Assembly (NCBI GenBank): GCA_964405685.1
Contig: CAYOOP010000001.1
Coordinates: forward strand, 334,922-398,921
Direction: 5' to 3'
Source: an uncultured Rickettsiales bacterium
GTDB lineage: Bacteria > Pseudomonadota > Alphaproteobacteria > Rickettsiales > SXRF01
Length of the DNA stretch: 64,000 nucleotides
Shown here in pieces: positions 49,372 through 58,033 of the stretch. Numbering within the stretch: the first letter of the stretch is position 1; every line of letters starts with the position of its first letter. Below the pieces are notes generated by a model, which was given only the letters and a program-made list of their open reading frames with translations, did not search any database and was not told the DNA's origin. Made by a program: the position numbers and the translations under genes.

Positions 49372-50045
49372 GCTCGATTGCCAAATATTGCCGTACCAAT
49401 GCGCACATAGGTTGCGCCAAAACGTGCCGCTTCCATATAGTCCGCACTCATTCCCATGCTGAGCTCGCTGAGTTTGTTGCGCTTGGCAATTTCATAAAGC
49501 ATCGCAAAATGCGGGGCAGTAGGCAGGTGATGCGGGGGGATACACATGAGTCCAACAAGGGCAATACCAACACCTTTGCAATCGTGAATAAAAGCATCGG
49601 CAAAAGCGGGCAGCACGCCGGATTTCTGGGATTCTTCGCCGGTATTGATTTGTGCAAAACACGGCAGATTCCGTGCCTGTTTATTCATTTCTGCAACCAA
49701 CGCCTCTGCAAGCGGCAGACGATCCAGCGTGTGAATCACGTCAAACAAACGCACCGCCTCACGCACCTTGTTGGTTTGCAGGGGGCCGATGAGATGCAGC
49801 GTGATGTTGGGGTGGGCGGCCTTGATCTCCGGCCATTTTTCTTGTGCTTCTTGTACGCGATTCTCGCCAAAATGAGTGATTCCGGCTACAATTGCTTGAA
49901 GAATAGCCTCTTTGGGGTGTCCTTTTGAAACAGCAATAATGGCGGGGGGTGTTTTTGCCAAGGGGGATGGGTCAGAAACCGATTTTAGTTGCTGTTTTAA
50001 CTCAACAATTCTTTCTTTAATGGACGGCTTGGAAATCGGCGACAT
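49368..50045 (-). CDS. yggS: YggS family pyridoxal-phosphate homeostasis protein
   Basis: 225 aa with AVSKGHP (PLP lysine), HFGENRVQE and SMGMSADY. Confidence 0.9.
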   Translation of the reverse strand: MSPISKPSIKERIVELKQQLKSVSDPSPLAKTPPAIIAVSKGHPKEAILQAIVAGITHFGENRVQEAQEKWPEIKAAHPNITLHLIGPLQTNKVREAVRLFDVIHTLDRLPLAEALVAEMNKQARNLPCFAQINTGEESQKSGVLPAFADAFIHDCKGVGIALVGLMCIPPHHLPTAPHFAMLYEIAKRNKLSELSMGMSADYMEAARFGATYVRIGTAIFGNRA

Positions 50046-50287
50046 GGCGGGTTATGTGTTAATATAGCGTTAAAAAACGGGCGGTTTTGTTGCATCGGAG
50101 CAACATGAAGGTCCAAAAACCCCCTAATCCTTCTTATCAGGATGCATGGCGCTTGCAAGGGGGTTCGATTTACCGGATAACTGGCACCAAGGAATGCACA
50201 TTGTGTCCCTCGGCTTTCGTTGGTCGCTTTGTGTGCCTTCAATGGAATGTCTTACATTCTTCAACTTTACTAGAATAGGAAAAACCT

Positions 50288-51415
50288 ATGAAAAAACTTC
50301 TTCTTGGTACCTCGGTTCTTGCCGCTGTAGCGTTTGCTGCTGCTGCACAAGCCGAAACCCCGAAAATCACCGTAGGTGGTACTTCGGATTTCCAATTGGG
50401 CCATGTTTCTGACGACGTTCTCGGAAGCACCCGTGATAAATCGTTCCGTTCGGACAATGAAATCAGCCTCAAAGTTGATGGCAAGTCTGATGCTGGTATC
50501 GGCTACGGCGGTGAAATCGTTCTCGAAGCGGACACCACCGAAGACTCCGACAGCCAAGGCACCAACGCTGCTCGTACCTCTATTTACCTCGATGGTAACT
50601 GGGGCCGCGTAGTGATGGGCTCGACCACTGGCGTAACCACCATGAAAGTTGATGCTAGCACGATCGCACGCGCAACCGGTGGCGTCGACGGTGACTGGAC
50701 CTACTTCACCACGCCTGTTGCTTCTCTCAGCTACATCGCAACCCCAGACCTCGTTCTGGATTACGGTGGGGTGAACAATGCCTTTGGCAACGAGTCTAAA
50801 GAAAACCTCAACAAAATCAGCTACTACAGCCCGAAATTCTCTGGCTTCCAAGCTGGCGTGACCTACATTCCTGACAGCGAAAACCGCGGTCAAGGCGCGT
50901 CTGGTCTCGATTTCACCAAAACCTCTGGCCAAGCTGACAACATCTGGCAAGGCGCTCTTACCTACGAAGGTAAGTTCGACCAAGTTGGTGTAGCTCTTGC
51001 TGCTACCGGTGAACGCGGTACCGCTGATCTCAACGGTGTTGAAGATCTTCGCACCTGGAACGTTGGCGCAAAGCTGACCTATATGGGTTTTGCTCTCGCT
51101 GGTTCTTACGGCGACTGGAGTGACAGCCTCCGCACGCTTAACGGTGGTCTCGACAACAGCCACTACTGGACTGTTGGCGGTTCTTATGAAATGGGACCTT
51201 ACGGCGTAAGCGTTACCTATCTGGACAGCCAATATGCTCAAACGGCTGCAACCGAGAACAAATTTAGCAATCTGTCGATTGGTGCAGATTATAAACTTGC
51301 TCCTGGCTTGACCCCGTATGCTGAAATTAGCTTCTTTGATGCTAATGCAGCTACCGGCACGCTTGCTGATAACGACGGTCACGTACTTCTCGTTGGTACC
51401 ATGCTGAACTTCTAG
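50288..51415 (+). CDS. outer-membrane porin (Gram-negative general porin type)
   Basis: 375 aa. Signal peptide MKKLLLGTSVLAAVAFAAAAQA, alternating amphipathic beta-strand pattern, aromatic girdle residues, and a C-terminal Phe (...LLVGTMLNF). Followed by a perfect 11-bp-stem terminator. Confidence 0.85.
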   Translation: MKKLLLGTSVLAAVAFAAAAQAETPKITVGGTSDFQLGHVSDDVLGSTRDKSFRSDNEISLKVDGKSDAGIGYGGEIVLEADTTEDSDSQGTNAARTSIYLDGNWGRVVMGSTTGVTTMKVDASTIARATGGVDGDWTYFTTPVASLSYIATPDLVLDYGGVNNAFGNESKENLNKISYYSPKFSGFQAGVTYIPDSENRGQGASGLDFTKTSGQADNIWQGALTYEGKFDQVGVALAATGERGTADLNGVEDLRTWNVGAKLTYMGFALAGSYGDWSDSLRTLNGGLDNSHYWTVGGSYEMGPYGVSVTYLDSQYAQTAATENKFSNLSIGADYKLAPGLTPYAEISFFDANAATGTLADNDGHVLLVGTMLNF

Positions 51416-51443
51416 TTTGGTTTGGTTCTCGAAAAGAGACCGA

Positions 51444-51477
51444 AGAGGGCGGTGTTTCCACCGCCCTCTTTTTTATT
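51444..51477 (+). terminator. rho-independent terminator after the porin gene
   Basis: Perfect 11-bp stem AGAGGGCGGTG / CACCGCCCTCT with loop TTTC, followed by TTTTTTATT. Confidence 0.85.
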
Positions 51478-51513
51478 GTCCTCGGAATTGTCTCCTGACA
51501 ATTCCATGGGACG
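51478..51513. repeat. short palindromic element just after the porin terminator
   Basis: GGAATTGTC (51484-51492) pairs with GACAATTCC (51497-51505), with imperfect outer GTCCTC/GGGAC arms. Confidence 0.45.
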
Positions 51514-51649
51514 CGGGTTTCCGCCTACGCTAGAGCTTCGGCGGACAAGCATGGCTGACAAATCCTGCTAGATTTGAATACAGGCTGCGTCGCCCGAGAA
51601 GATATTTTGCCATCTTGCGCAAGCAGTTTTCTTCCCTTATATCATCCCC

Positions 51650-52177
51650 ATGCGAAAACTTTTTCTCTGCGTTTTCACCCTTCCATTCGTTGCCGCCTGC
51701 TCGCTTAGCGATCTTGGCACAAAGTCTGGCGAAGAGCGCGTGACGGGGTCCCAATCCCATAAGCTTGATCGCCGCGATTCACGCGGTAAATTGACTGGAG
51801 AAGAGGGGTTGACCGTCCTCGGCGGGTCCAACAAGGATGACGAAGCAGCAAAGTCAGGCATCGCGGTTAATAGCTATTTGTGGCGTGCTACCCTCGATAC
51901 CCTTTCCTTCATGCCCATGGCCTCTGCAGACCCCTTTGGCGGCGTGATTCTGACCGATTGGTACGAGGACCCCAATGCCAAAGGTGAGCGCTTCAAGGTG
52001 AATGCTCTTATCCTCACCAAAACGCTGCGCGCCGATGGCATTAAACTTTCGGTCTTTAAACAAAAACTAGAGGGCAACAACTGGCGGGATCAGCCAGTAG
52101 ACACGGCACTCGCCCGCAAGATGGAAGATGCCGTCTTGGCCCGCGCACGCGAACTTAAAATCGGCACCGCGAAATAA
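51650..52177 (+). CDS. DUF3576-type lipoprotein
   Basis: 175 aa with lipobox FVAAC. VNSYLWRATLDTLSFMPMASADPFGGVILTDWY matches my memory of DUF3576. Confidence 0.6.
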   Translation: MRKLFLCVFTLPFVAACSLSDLGTKSGEERVTGSQSHKLDRRDSRGKLTGEEGLTVLGGSNKDDEAAKSGIAVNSYLWRATLDTLSFMPMASADPFGGVILTDWYEDPNAKGERFKVNALILTKTLRADGIKLSVFKQKLEGNNWRDQPVDTALARKMEDAVLARARELKIGTAK

Positions 52178-52182
52178 TTCTT

Positions 52183-52923
52183 TTACGCTGCGGCCTGCAC
52201 TGCGTCCTTTTGGGTAATCGCCTGCAGGAATGCCCGCTCCAAGCTTGGGTCTTGATAGAGTGCTTTAAAGTCCTTTGGCGTACCAATGTAGAGAATCTCT
52301 CCTTGGTGAATCACACCGATACGATCGCAAATCTCATCAATATCCGAAAGAATGTGGGAGCTGAAGAAAATCGTGCTACCCGCTTGCTTAGCTTTCATCA
52401 ACTCACTTTTAAGAGCAATCCGCGCCCGCGGGTCGAGCCCACTCATCGGCTCATCTAAAATATAAAGCGGTGCAGCAATCATAAGTGCTGCCGCTAGGCC
52501 TAGTTTCTGGCCCATTCCTTTGGAATAAGAACCCACGCGCGCCTCTAATACATCGGGGTTTAAATCCAGCGCCTGGCACATGGCGCGCGCATGTTCTTTC
52601 TCCACGGTTTTGCCGTAATACGATAGGGAAAGCTCCAGGTATTCAATGCCACGCAAATAGCGCGAAGGCTGAAATTTCTCAGGCAAATAGGAATATTGTT
52701 TGCGGGCTTCCACCTCAAACGCCGCGTGGCCAAACACTTCTACCCGCCCGTGGTCTGGATAAATCAGATTCAGCACGGTTTTGATCATGGTGGTTTTGCC
52801 GGCACCATTTAGACCAATCAACCCAAAGATCTCTCCCGACACCAGCGATAGCGAGGCCTGTTTCAAAGCAGCGTGCACGCCATAGGTTTTACTAATGGCA
52901 TCAATGGTAAGTGGTGTGGTCAT
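52183..52923 (-). CDS. ABC transporter ATP-binding protein (ABC-2/CcmA-like subfamily), no adjacent permease
   Basis: 246 aa with Walker A GLNGAGKTT, signature YSKGMGQKLGLA, Walker B LYILDEPMSGLD and H-loop SSHIL. 4-nt overlap with the upstream hypothetical gene. Confidence 0.88.
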   Translation of the reverse strand: MTTPLTIDAISKTYGVHAALKQASLSLVSGEIFGLIGLNGAGKTTMIKTVLNLIYPDHGRVEVFGHAAFEVEARKQYSYLPEKFQPSRYLRGIEYLELSLSYYGKTVEKEHARAMCQALDLNPDVLEARVGSYSKGMGQKLGLAAALMIAAPLYILDEPMSGLDPRARIALKSELMKAKQAGSTIFFSSHILSDIDEICDRIGVIHQGEILYIGTPKDFKALYQDPSLERAFLQAITQKDAVQAAA

Positions 52924-53663
52924 TGGGGTTTCTCCAAAGCTTTGTTGCGGTTAAGTAGTCCTTCGAATCCTTGATTGCTAGGTGGGGTGGGCTCAGGTGT
53001 TACCGAGGGTTCTTCCTCAGGCAAAAGAGGATTAAACACAGCCTCTAGCCCCGGAAGTGATTTGGCCTTTGGTAAAAGCGCGGGGTCAATTTGGCCTGCG
53101 TTTACCGTAACGGGTTCCACCTGACCCTCATAGGTTTTAAGGGTATAGGTAGAAAAGGTTTGGTTGGGCCTAAGCGTGAACGTAATGGTGCGACTAGCCG
53201 CATCCGTTTGCACATTGGCACCATGATCGTCAGAGCGAAAATCGATCGGATCCGATTCCTTAGCGCGGAATTTAAACATGATGTAGTTCGAAGAGACCTC
53301 TTCAATGGTAAGGCCAGGAAGCGTTGCGGCATTAGAAGGGTTATAGGCAAAGCGATTAAGCCAAAATGTCCAGCGGTTGGCACCCTGATATGCCAGCGAA
53401 TTGAGATAAAACTGCGGATAGGTATAATAGCTTACAATCGTTTGGGGTTCATTGGCGGGTTGTTCGGCTTCTTGAAGCCCGATCCCAGCAATCAGTTGGT
53501 TTTTGCGTTTTTGCTCCAGCCCATTAAGCGTGATCATTTCTTGATCGCTAAAAAAGATAGAATGGTATTCGCTCGGCAAAGGCTCGGGCTTTGCGGGTGG
53601 CGGCACTTGGGCATAGGCGTTTGCTGCCCAAAAAAGCCCCACCAGGTACCATGCGCGTCTCAT
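52920..53663 (-). CDS. hypothetical secreted protein (architecturally PilP/GspC-HR-like)
   Basis: 247 aa. Signal peptide MRRAWYLVGLFWAANAYA|Q. Central beta-rich segment LNSLAYQGANRWTFWLNRFAY...LTIEEVSSNYIMFKF. Pro/Glu-rich tail. The family assignment is inferred from architecture only. Confidence 0.6.
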   Translation of the reverse strand: MRRAWYLVGLFWAANAYAQVPPPAKPEPLPSEYHSIFFSDQEMITLNGLEQKRKNQLIAGIGLQEAEQPANEPQTIVSYYTYPQFYLNSLAYQGANRWTFWLNRFAYNPSNAATLPGLTIEEVSSNYIMFKFRAKESDPIDFRSDDHGANVQTDAASRTITFTLRPNQTFSTYTLKTYEGQVEPVTVNAGQIDPALLPKAKSLPGLEAVFNPLLPEEEPSVTPEPTPPSNQGFEGLLNRNKALEKPQ

Positions 53664-54331
53664 TTCTTACCTCCTGAGGGAGGGGTGGAAGAGTTTTTTT
53701 CCAGCAATTTGAGCCCAAACCATTTGGCATCAATACTCACAGCTACGGCGGGTTCTTCTTTTTTCACTTTGTCCCCAAGCTCGGCGCGTTTCAGTGTCAT
53801 CGTAAATCGTGTCATTTGAATGACACCGCCAAAGGCGCTGCGCATCTGTTTTAGTAAGCGCTCCATGCTTTCGTCCGTATACAAAAACATTTGTGGAATC
53901 GTGATATCGGCCGATACCACTACGGCTTGTGGACGCTTCAGGGATGTTTCAATGCTCTCGCGCACTGGGTCGATGCGTGCTCGCGAATTTTCGTCTGACG
54001 CTTGCGGTATTTCAAACGCGTAGCTTTTGCGAAGCACCTCTAATTGTGCGGAGGCGATGTTCGGGTCGATGCTTTCTTTGCCATTGGTGAGGTGTAGCTT
54101 TTCATAAATGGGGCGCGCTTCACGCACAATTTTGGTTTTGGTTCGCCCTTCTTCAGTCTTTTGCATGAGTTGGTTGTATTCGCCCTGAAGCTTGGTGGCC
54201 TGATCTTCCAGCGAGCCCGAAAGGCTGCTGATAGCCGCAAATACGGTGCCCGTAACACCCAACAGCATCACCGCCAATATGGCGCGTTTTCTAATTTTAC
54301 TAAGTACGTATTTGCGTTGGTACATCAGCAT
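53660..54331 (-). CDS. hypothetical bitopic membrane protein (architecturally PilO/GspM-like)
   Basis: 223 aa. Short basic N-terminus, one TM helix (AILAVMLLGVTGTVFAAISSL), a coiled-coil stretch, then an alpha/beta C-domain. TAATG overlap with the upstream gene. The analogy rests on architecture only. Confidence 0.6.
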   Translation of the reverse strand: MLMYQRKYVLSKIRKRAILAVMLLGVTGTVFAAISSLSGSLEDQATKLQGEYNQLMQKTEEGRTKTKIVREARPIYEKLHLTNGKESIDPNIASAQLEVLRKSYAFEIPQASDENSRARIDPVRESIETSLKRPQAVVVSADITIPQMFLYTDESMERLLKQMRSAFGGVIQMTRFTMTLKRAELGDKVKKEEPAVAVSIDAKWFGLKLLEKNSSTPPSGGKK

Positions 54332-56094
54332 TAGGGTGTACCTTGCGTGGTGGTGTCGGGTGATTTTTCAACCCCATTAAAACTAAGGCTGGTGACAATG
54401 TCGCGTCCCACCGCCTGTTGTTCTCTGATGCGTCCGCCTAACGGTACGGCATCGGGTTTAATCTCAGGAATCTCCGCAAAGGTGATCTTATATCCGTCAA
54501 ACAACGGGCCAATGGAGGCCAGCGCTTCGTTGAGTGTTTTCTGGATTTCCTCATTACTTTGCTTGGGTTCGGTCGTAAATATCACATCCACCTTGGCGTA
54601 AATCTTCGTTTCCACACCGCCGTTAGCGGCTCTCATCGGCGGCGATGACTTGCCAAAGGGGTCTTCGATTTTCCAATCCAAGCCATTAAACTGGAACCGC
54701 GGCCCCAAGCGTTCCTTAGCCGCAGATAGGCGCAACAAAAAGGTCTCGGGGCCCATTTCGCGCTGCTCTATCGCGCGCAATACGTCCATCACATCTTTGA
54801 TTTTCTCTACATCGTCAATGGTTGCCATTTCGGCTTCGACACTTGCAAGTTCTTTGACGGTGGTTTGTTTTTTCTGCGCCAATTCCGATTTTTTTCCATA
54901 GGCACCCCACGCATCATAGGCCTTAATGCCTGCACTGCCAACAAAACCAACCGCAATAATCACCGGCAACACCCGCACCACCAGCAAAGAGCGGTGCAAT
55001 TGCAATAGCTGGCCTAAAGTTTTAGTGAGTGTGTTAAATGTAGGCCGGCGGAGCCTCGCGGCGGCGCTGGCTGTTACCATATCGCCGTAACGGTCATTGG
55101 GCTGGGTGGCATTGACAAGCTGCAGCCATTCCGCGGTTTGATGTGGGGTGGAGGTTACGAAGGACTTGACGCCTGCGCGTTTGGGGTCAATGGTCTGCAG
55201 TACCTCTTGGCTTGCGATGATATGCAGGTGCAGATCTTCGGCCTCACGCAGACCTAAACGTTTAAGGTATTCAACCGTGCTGTTGATTTCCTGTTCCACC
55301 AACCCCGCAATTACGTCCGATACGCCTTGGAGGGTTTGCCCCACACGGGTAAAAATCATTTTCCCATCTCGCAAAATAACCTGGCGAAAACCACTTACTT
55401 TTTGGTGTGAAAGCAAATAGAGCCACGCATGCGTAGGTGTATTGGGGTTGGCACTGGTTTTTTGGTAGAGCGCCCGAATCACCGCTTCCATTTCAAGCGG
55501 CAGGAGCCGTATGCCAATACAGCGGTTCGGCGTCGTCACAATCCACGTAAGCCATTGACTTACGGTGTCGGTGGCATCGGCTGAGATCATTTGAAATAGC
55601 CATTCTTTTTTACCTTTTTCCCGACCCAGAACCCGCGCGCCCTTAATTTCCGAATTCGCGAATTCACGGCGCAAGCGCCGTTTCATAATCGCTGAAAGCC
55701 CCATTTTATTCACAGGTGGGAGGTTTTGTTGAATATAGGTTTGATCGAGCGTGTCTAAAAACACCAAAAACGGCACATTGGGGTGGTCAACAATGGCGCG
55801 TTTAAACAGCTCGAAGTGCTCTTCCTTAGCTTCGGGCGCATACCACCGCCCCTCCACCACACCTTTTTGCAAGAAAATCAAAATCGCGCCGTCGTCACCA
55901 ATCAGCAGGACAAAAGCGGTTCTTTTGTCAAATTTGAATTTGGGTGCCTTGCGCTTAGACAGGCGAAACTTTTTCTTCGGGGGTGGCGGGGTGGTTTCAG
56001 ACACTGTTTTTTCAGGCGGCTGTGGGGGCACTGCTTCCGTGGAAGAAGCCGCATCGCCGCTTCCCGGTCGCTTGCGTCTAAAAGAAAGTGCCAT
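54331..56094 (-). CDS. hypothetical bitopic membrane protein (architecturally PilM-PilN fusion / GspL-like)
   Basis: 587 aa. Basic Pro-rich N-terminus (aa 1-58). About 300-aa cytoplasmic domain whose pattern recalls the actin-like PilM fold (FVLLIGDDGAILIF..., IRLLPLEMEAVIRAL, WLYLLSHQKVSGFRQVILRDGKMIFTRVGQ) but lacks the DxG nucleotide motifs. One TM helix (aa about 368-390), then a coiled coil and an alpha/beta periplasmic domain of about 190 aa. Confidence 0.6.
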   Translation of the reverse strand: MALSFRRKRPGSGDAASSTEAVPPQPPEKTVSETTPPPPKKKFRLSKRKAPKFKFDKRTAFVLLIGDDGAILIFLQKGVVEGRWYAPEAKEEHFELFKRAIVDHPNVPFLVFLDTLDQTYIQQNLPPVNKMGLSAIMKRRLRREFANSEIKGARVLGREKGKKEWLFQMISADATDTVSQWLTWIVTTPNRCIGIRLLPLEMEAVIRALYQKTSANPNTPTHAWLYLLSHQKVSGFRQVILRDGKMIFTRVGQTLQGVSDVIAGLVEQEINSTVEYLKRLGLREAEDLHLHIIASQEVLQTIDPKRAGVKSFVTSTPHQTAEWLQLVNATQPNDRYGDMVTASAAARLRRPTFNTLTKTLGQLLQLHRSLLVVRVLPVIIAVGFVGSAGIKAYDAWGAYGKKSELAQKKQTTVKELASVEAEMATIDDVEKIKDVMDVLRAIEQREMGPETFLLRLSAAKERLGPRFQFNGLDWKIEDPFGKSSPPMRAANGGVETKIYAKVDVIFTTEPKQSNEEIQKTLNEALASIGPLFDGYKITFAEIPEIKPDAVPLGGRIREQQAVGRDIVTSLSFNGVEKSPDTTTQGTP

Positions 56095-56173
56095 AGGCCT
56101 CTTGCCTGCTGCGTTGCATATCTCAACGCTATAGCAACTATCCTATTAAAGCGCAAAAGATTTGCGGCTTTGT

Positions 56174-57439
56174 TTACGAATTCATTTTTTCAAAAAACTC
56201 AGCATTCGTTTTGGTATCGCGGAGTTTTTCTTGGATAAACTCCATCGCTTCGCCCGGACCCATCGGGTGCAAGATGCGGCGGATGACCCACATTTTTGTG
56301 AGTGTCTGCTTATCGACCAAGAGATCTTCTTTGCGCGTGCCGGATTTATTGATGTCAATCGCCGGGAAGACGCGCTTATCCGCAAGCTTGCGATCGAGCA
56401 CAATTTCCGAGTTACCGGTGCCTTTGAATTCTTGGAAGATCACTTCGTCCATCATGGAACCGGTATCGATCAATGCCGTTGCGATAATCGTGAGCGACCC
56501 GCCATTTTCAATGTTGCGTGCCGCGCCGAAGAAACGTTTAGGCCGGTGCAGGGCCTGCGCGTCCACGCCACCGGTTAGAATTTTACCAGACGATGGCACC
56601 ACCGTGTTGTAGGCGCGCGCCAGACGAGTAATTGAGTCGAGCAAAATTACCACGTCTTTTTTGTGCTCAACGAGTTTTTTCGCTTTTTCTATGACCATTT
56701 CCGCGAGCGCCACATGGCGGTGTGCGGGTTCATCGAACGTTGAGCTAACCACCTCACCGTTAACGGTGCGCGCCATATCTGTCACCTCCTCCGGCCGCTC
56801 ATCGACTAGAAGAACGATCAGGTAAGCATTTGGGTGGTTGGTGGTAATGGCGTGCGCGATGTTTTGCATCAGCACGGTTTTACCGGTGCGGGGCGGAGCA
56901 ACAATCAACGCACGCTGACCGAAACCAATAGGTGTCACAATGTCTGCAACACGCATGCTGATGTCATTTTTCTCTTTGCCTTTGGGACGTTCGAACTCCA
57001 GCTGAATGCGGCGTTCGGGATAGAGCGGCGTGAGGTTATCAAACGTAATGCGGTGGGTAATCGCCGCCGGATCGTCAAAGTTGATTTTGAGCACTTTGGT
57101 AAGCGCAAAATAGCGTTCGCCATCTTTCGGTGCACGAATTTCGCCCTCTACCGTATCGCCGGTACGCAGTCCGAATTTCTTGACTTGGGTGGGCGATATG
57201 TAAATATCGTCCGTACCCGCTAGATAGTTGGCCAGCGGCGAGCGCAGGAAGCCAAACCCGTCGGAGAGAATTTCGATCACGCCTTCGCCGGTGATCACTT
57301 CGCCGTTTTCGGCGTGGCGTTTTAAGATAGAGAAGATCATCTCCTGCTTCAGCATGTTGCTGGCATTTTCAACGCCCAGTTTTTCGGCGAGCTGAAGGAG
57401 ATCGTTCGCGTTTTTACGCTTGAGTTCTTGAAGTTTCAT
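56174..57439 (-). CDS. rho: transcription termination factor Rho
   Basis: 421 aa. N-terminal Rho_N, cold-shock-like RNA-binding domain (GFGFLR), and Walker A APPRTGKT. Confidence 0.97.
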   Translation of the reverse strand: MKLQELKRKNANDLLQLAEKLGVENASNMLKQEMIFSILKRHAENGEVITGEGVIEILSDGFGFLRSPLANYLAGTDDIYISPTQVKKFGLRTGDTVEGEIRAPKDGERYFALTKVLKINFDDPAAITHRITFDNLTPLYPERRIQLEFERPKGKEKNDISMRVADIVTPIGFGQRALIVAPPRTGKTVLMQNIAHAITTNHPNAYLIVLLVDERPEEVTDMARTVNGEVVSSTFDEPAHRHVALAEMVIEKAKKLVEHKKDVVILLDSITRLARAYNTVVPSSGKILTGGVDAQALHRPKRFFGAARNIENGGSLTIIATALIDTGSMMDEVIFQEFKGTGNSEIVLDRKLADKRVFPAIDINKSGTRKEDLLVDKQTLTKMWVIRRILHPMGPGEAMEFIQEKLRDTKTNAEFFEKMNS

Positions 57440-57470
57440 GATGGTGCGACTTTGGTTTGATTTTTAAATT

Positions 57471-57495
57471 GAGGAGGGGAGGGAGGGAGGGAAGA
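57471..57495 (-). promoter_or_regulatory. 25-nt pure pyrimidine (TCCC)n tract in the rho 5' leader; the G4 motif lies on the opposite strand
   Basis: The plus strand reads GAGGAGGGGAGGGAGGGAGGGAAGA. The minus-strand (mRNA-sense) sequence is TCTTCCCTCCCTCCCTCCCCTCCTC, 32 nt upstream of the rho ATG. Confidence 0.5.
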
Positions 57496-57557
57496 CCGTG
57501 CGAATTTTCTGTAAGCACATCAAATGACGCATTAAACAATGCTGTGGTCTCGGAGCA

Positions 57558-57585
57558 AGCTTATCAAAAAAATAGCGCCCGTCAA
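57558..57585 (-). promoter_or_regulatory. possible promoter for rho (TTGACG-N16-TAAGCT on the minus strand)
   Basis: The minus strand reads TTGACG (57585-57580), a 16-nt spacer, then TAAGCT (57563-57558). This would give a leader of about 110 nt containing the pyrimidine tract. Confidence 0.25.
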
Positions 57586-57601
57586 GCAAAATATTCAAAT
57601 T

Positions 57602-58033
57602 TTAGAATGGCTTCACTACCACCAATATAACGATGGTTATCATAAGGATCGTTGGTATCTCATTGAATATTTTATAATATTTTGCTGATTTGGTATTGGC
57701 ACCCGCGGCAAATTGCTTGCGGTGTTTGGCCATTTTGCCGTGCAAAGCCGCCATAATAAGCACAAGCAACAGCTTCGCGTGCAGCCAACCCTCGGCTGCG
57801 CCGGTGATTTTAATGAGCCAAAAGCCAAAGAAAAAGGTCGCGATCATGGCCGGGTTCATAATATAGCAAAGCAGGCGCCGCTCCATTATTTGTAGCATTT
57901 TATCCGCATCGCTCCCGACAGGAACCTCTGCGTGATACACAAACAGCCTTGGCAAATAGAGTTGTCCTGCCATCCAGGAAATGACCGCGATGATGTGTAA
58001 GGCCCTCACCCACAGATAAAGATTGTCGATCAT
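57602..58033 (-). CDS. hemJ: protoporphyrinogen IX oxidase HemJ
   Basis: 143 aa, four TM helices. LWVRALHIIAVISWMAGQLYLPRLFVYH is the HemJ (UPF0093) signature. Low GC. Confidence 0.85.
   Translation of the reverse strand: MIDNLYLWVRALHIIAVISWMAGQLYLPRLFVYHAEVPVGSDADKMLQIMERRLLCYIMNPAMIATFFFGFWLIKITGAAEGWLHAKLLLVLIMAALHGKMAKHRKQFAAGANTKSAKYYKIFNEIPTILMITIVILVVVKPF

Noticed and set aside
50157-50175. A tRNA-like T-arm motif, GGGGGTTCGATTT, in the 242-nt region upstream of the porin gene.
   Set aside because: No complementary 3' half of the T-stem, no acceptor stem and no anticodon arm can be drawn. It is not a tRNA or a convincing tRNA remnant.
50270-51382. A 370-aa ORF on the minus strand, almost exactly antisense to the porin gene.
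   Set aside because: The plus-strand product has a signal peptide, a beta-barrel strand pattern, a C-terminal Phe and its own terminator. The antisense translation is low-complexity (Val/Ala/Gly/Arg-rich) with no start context. It is a typical shadow ORF.
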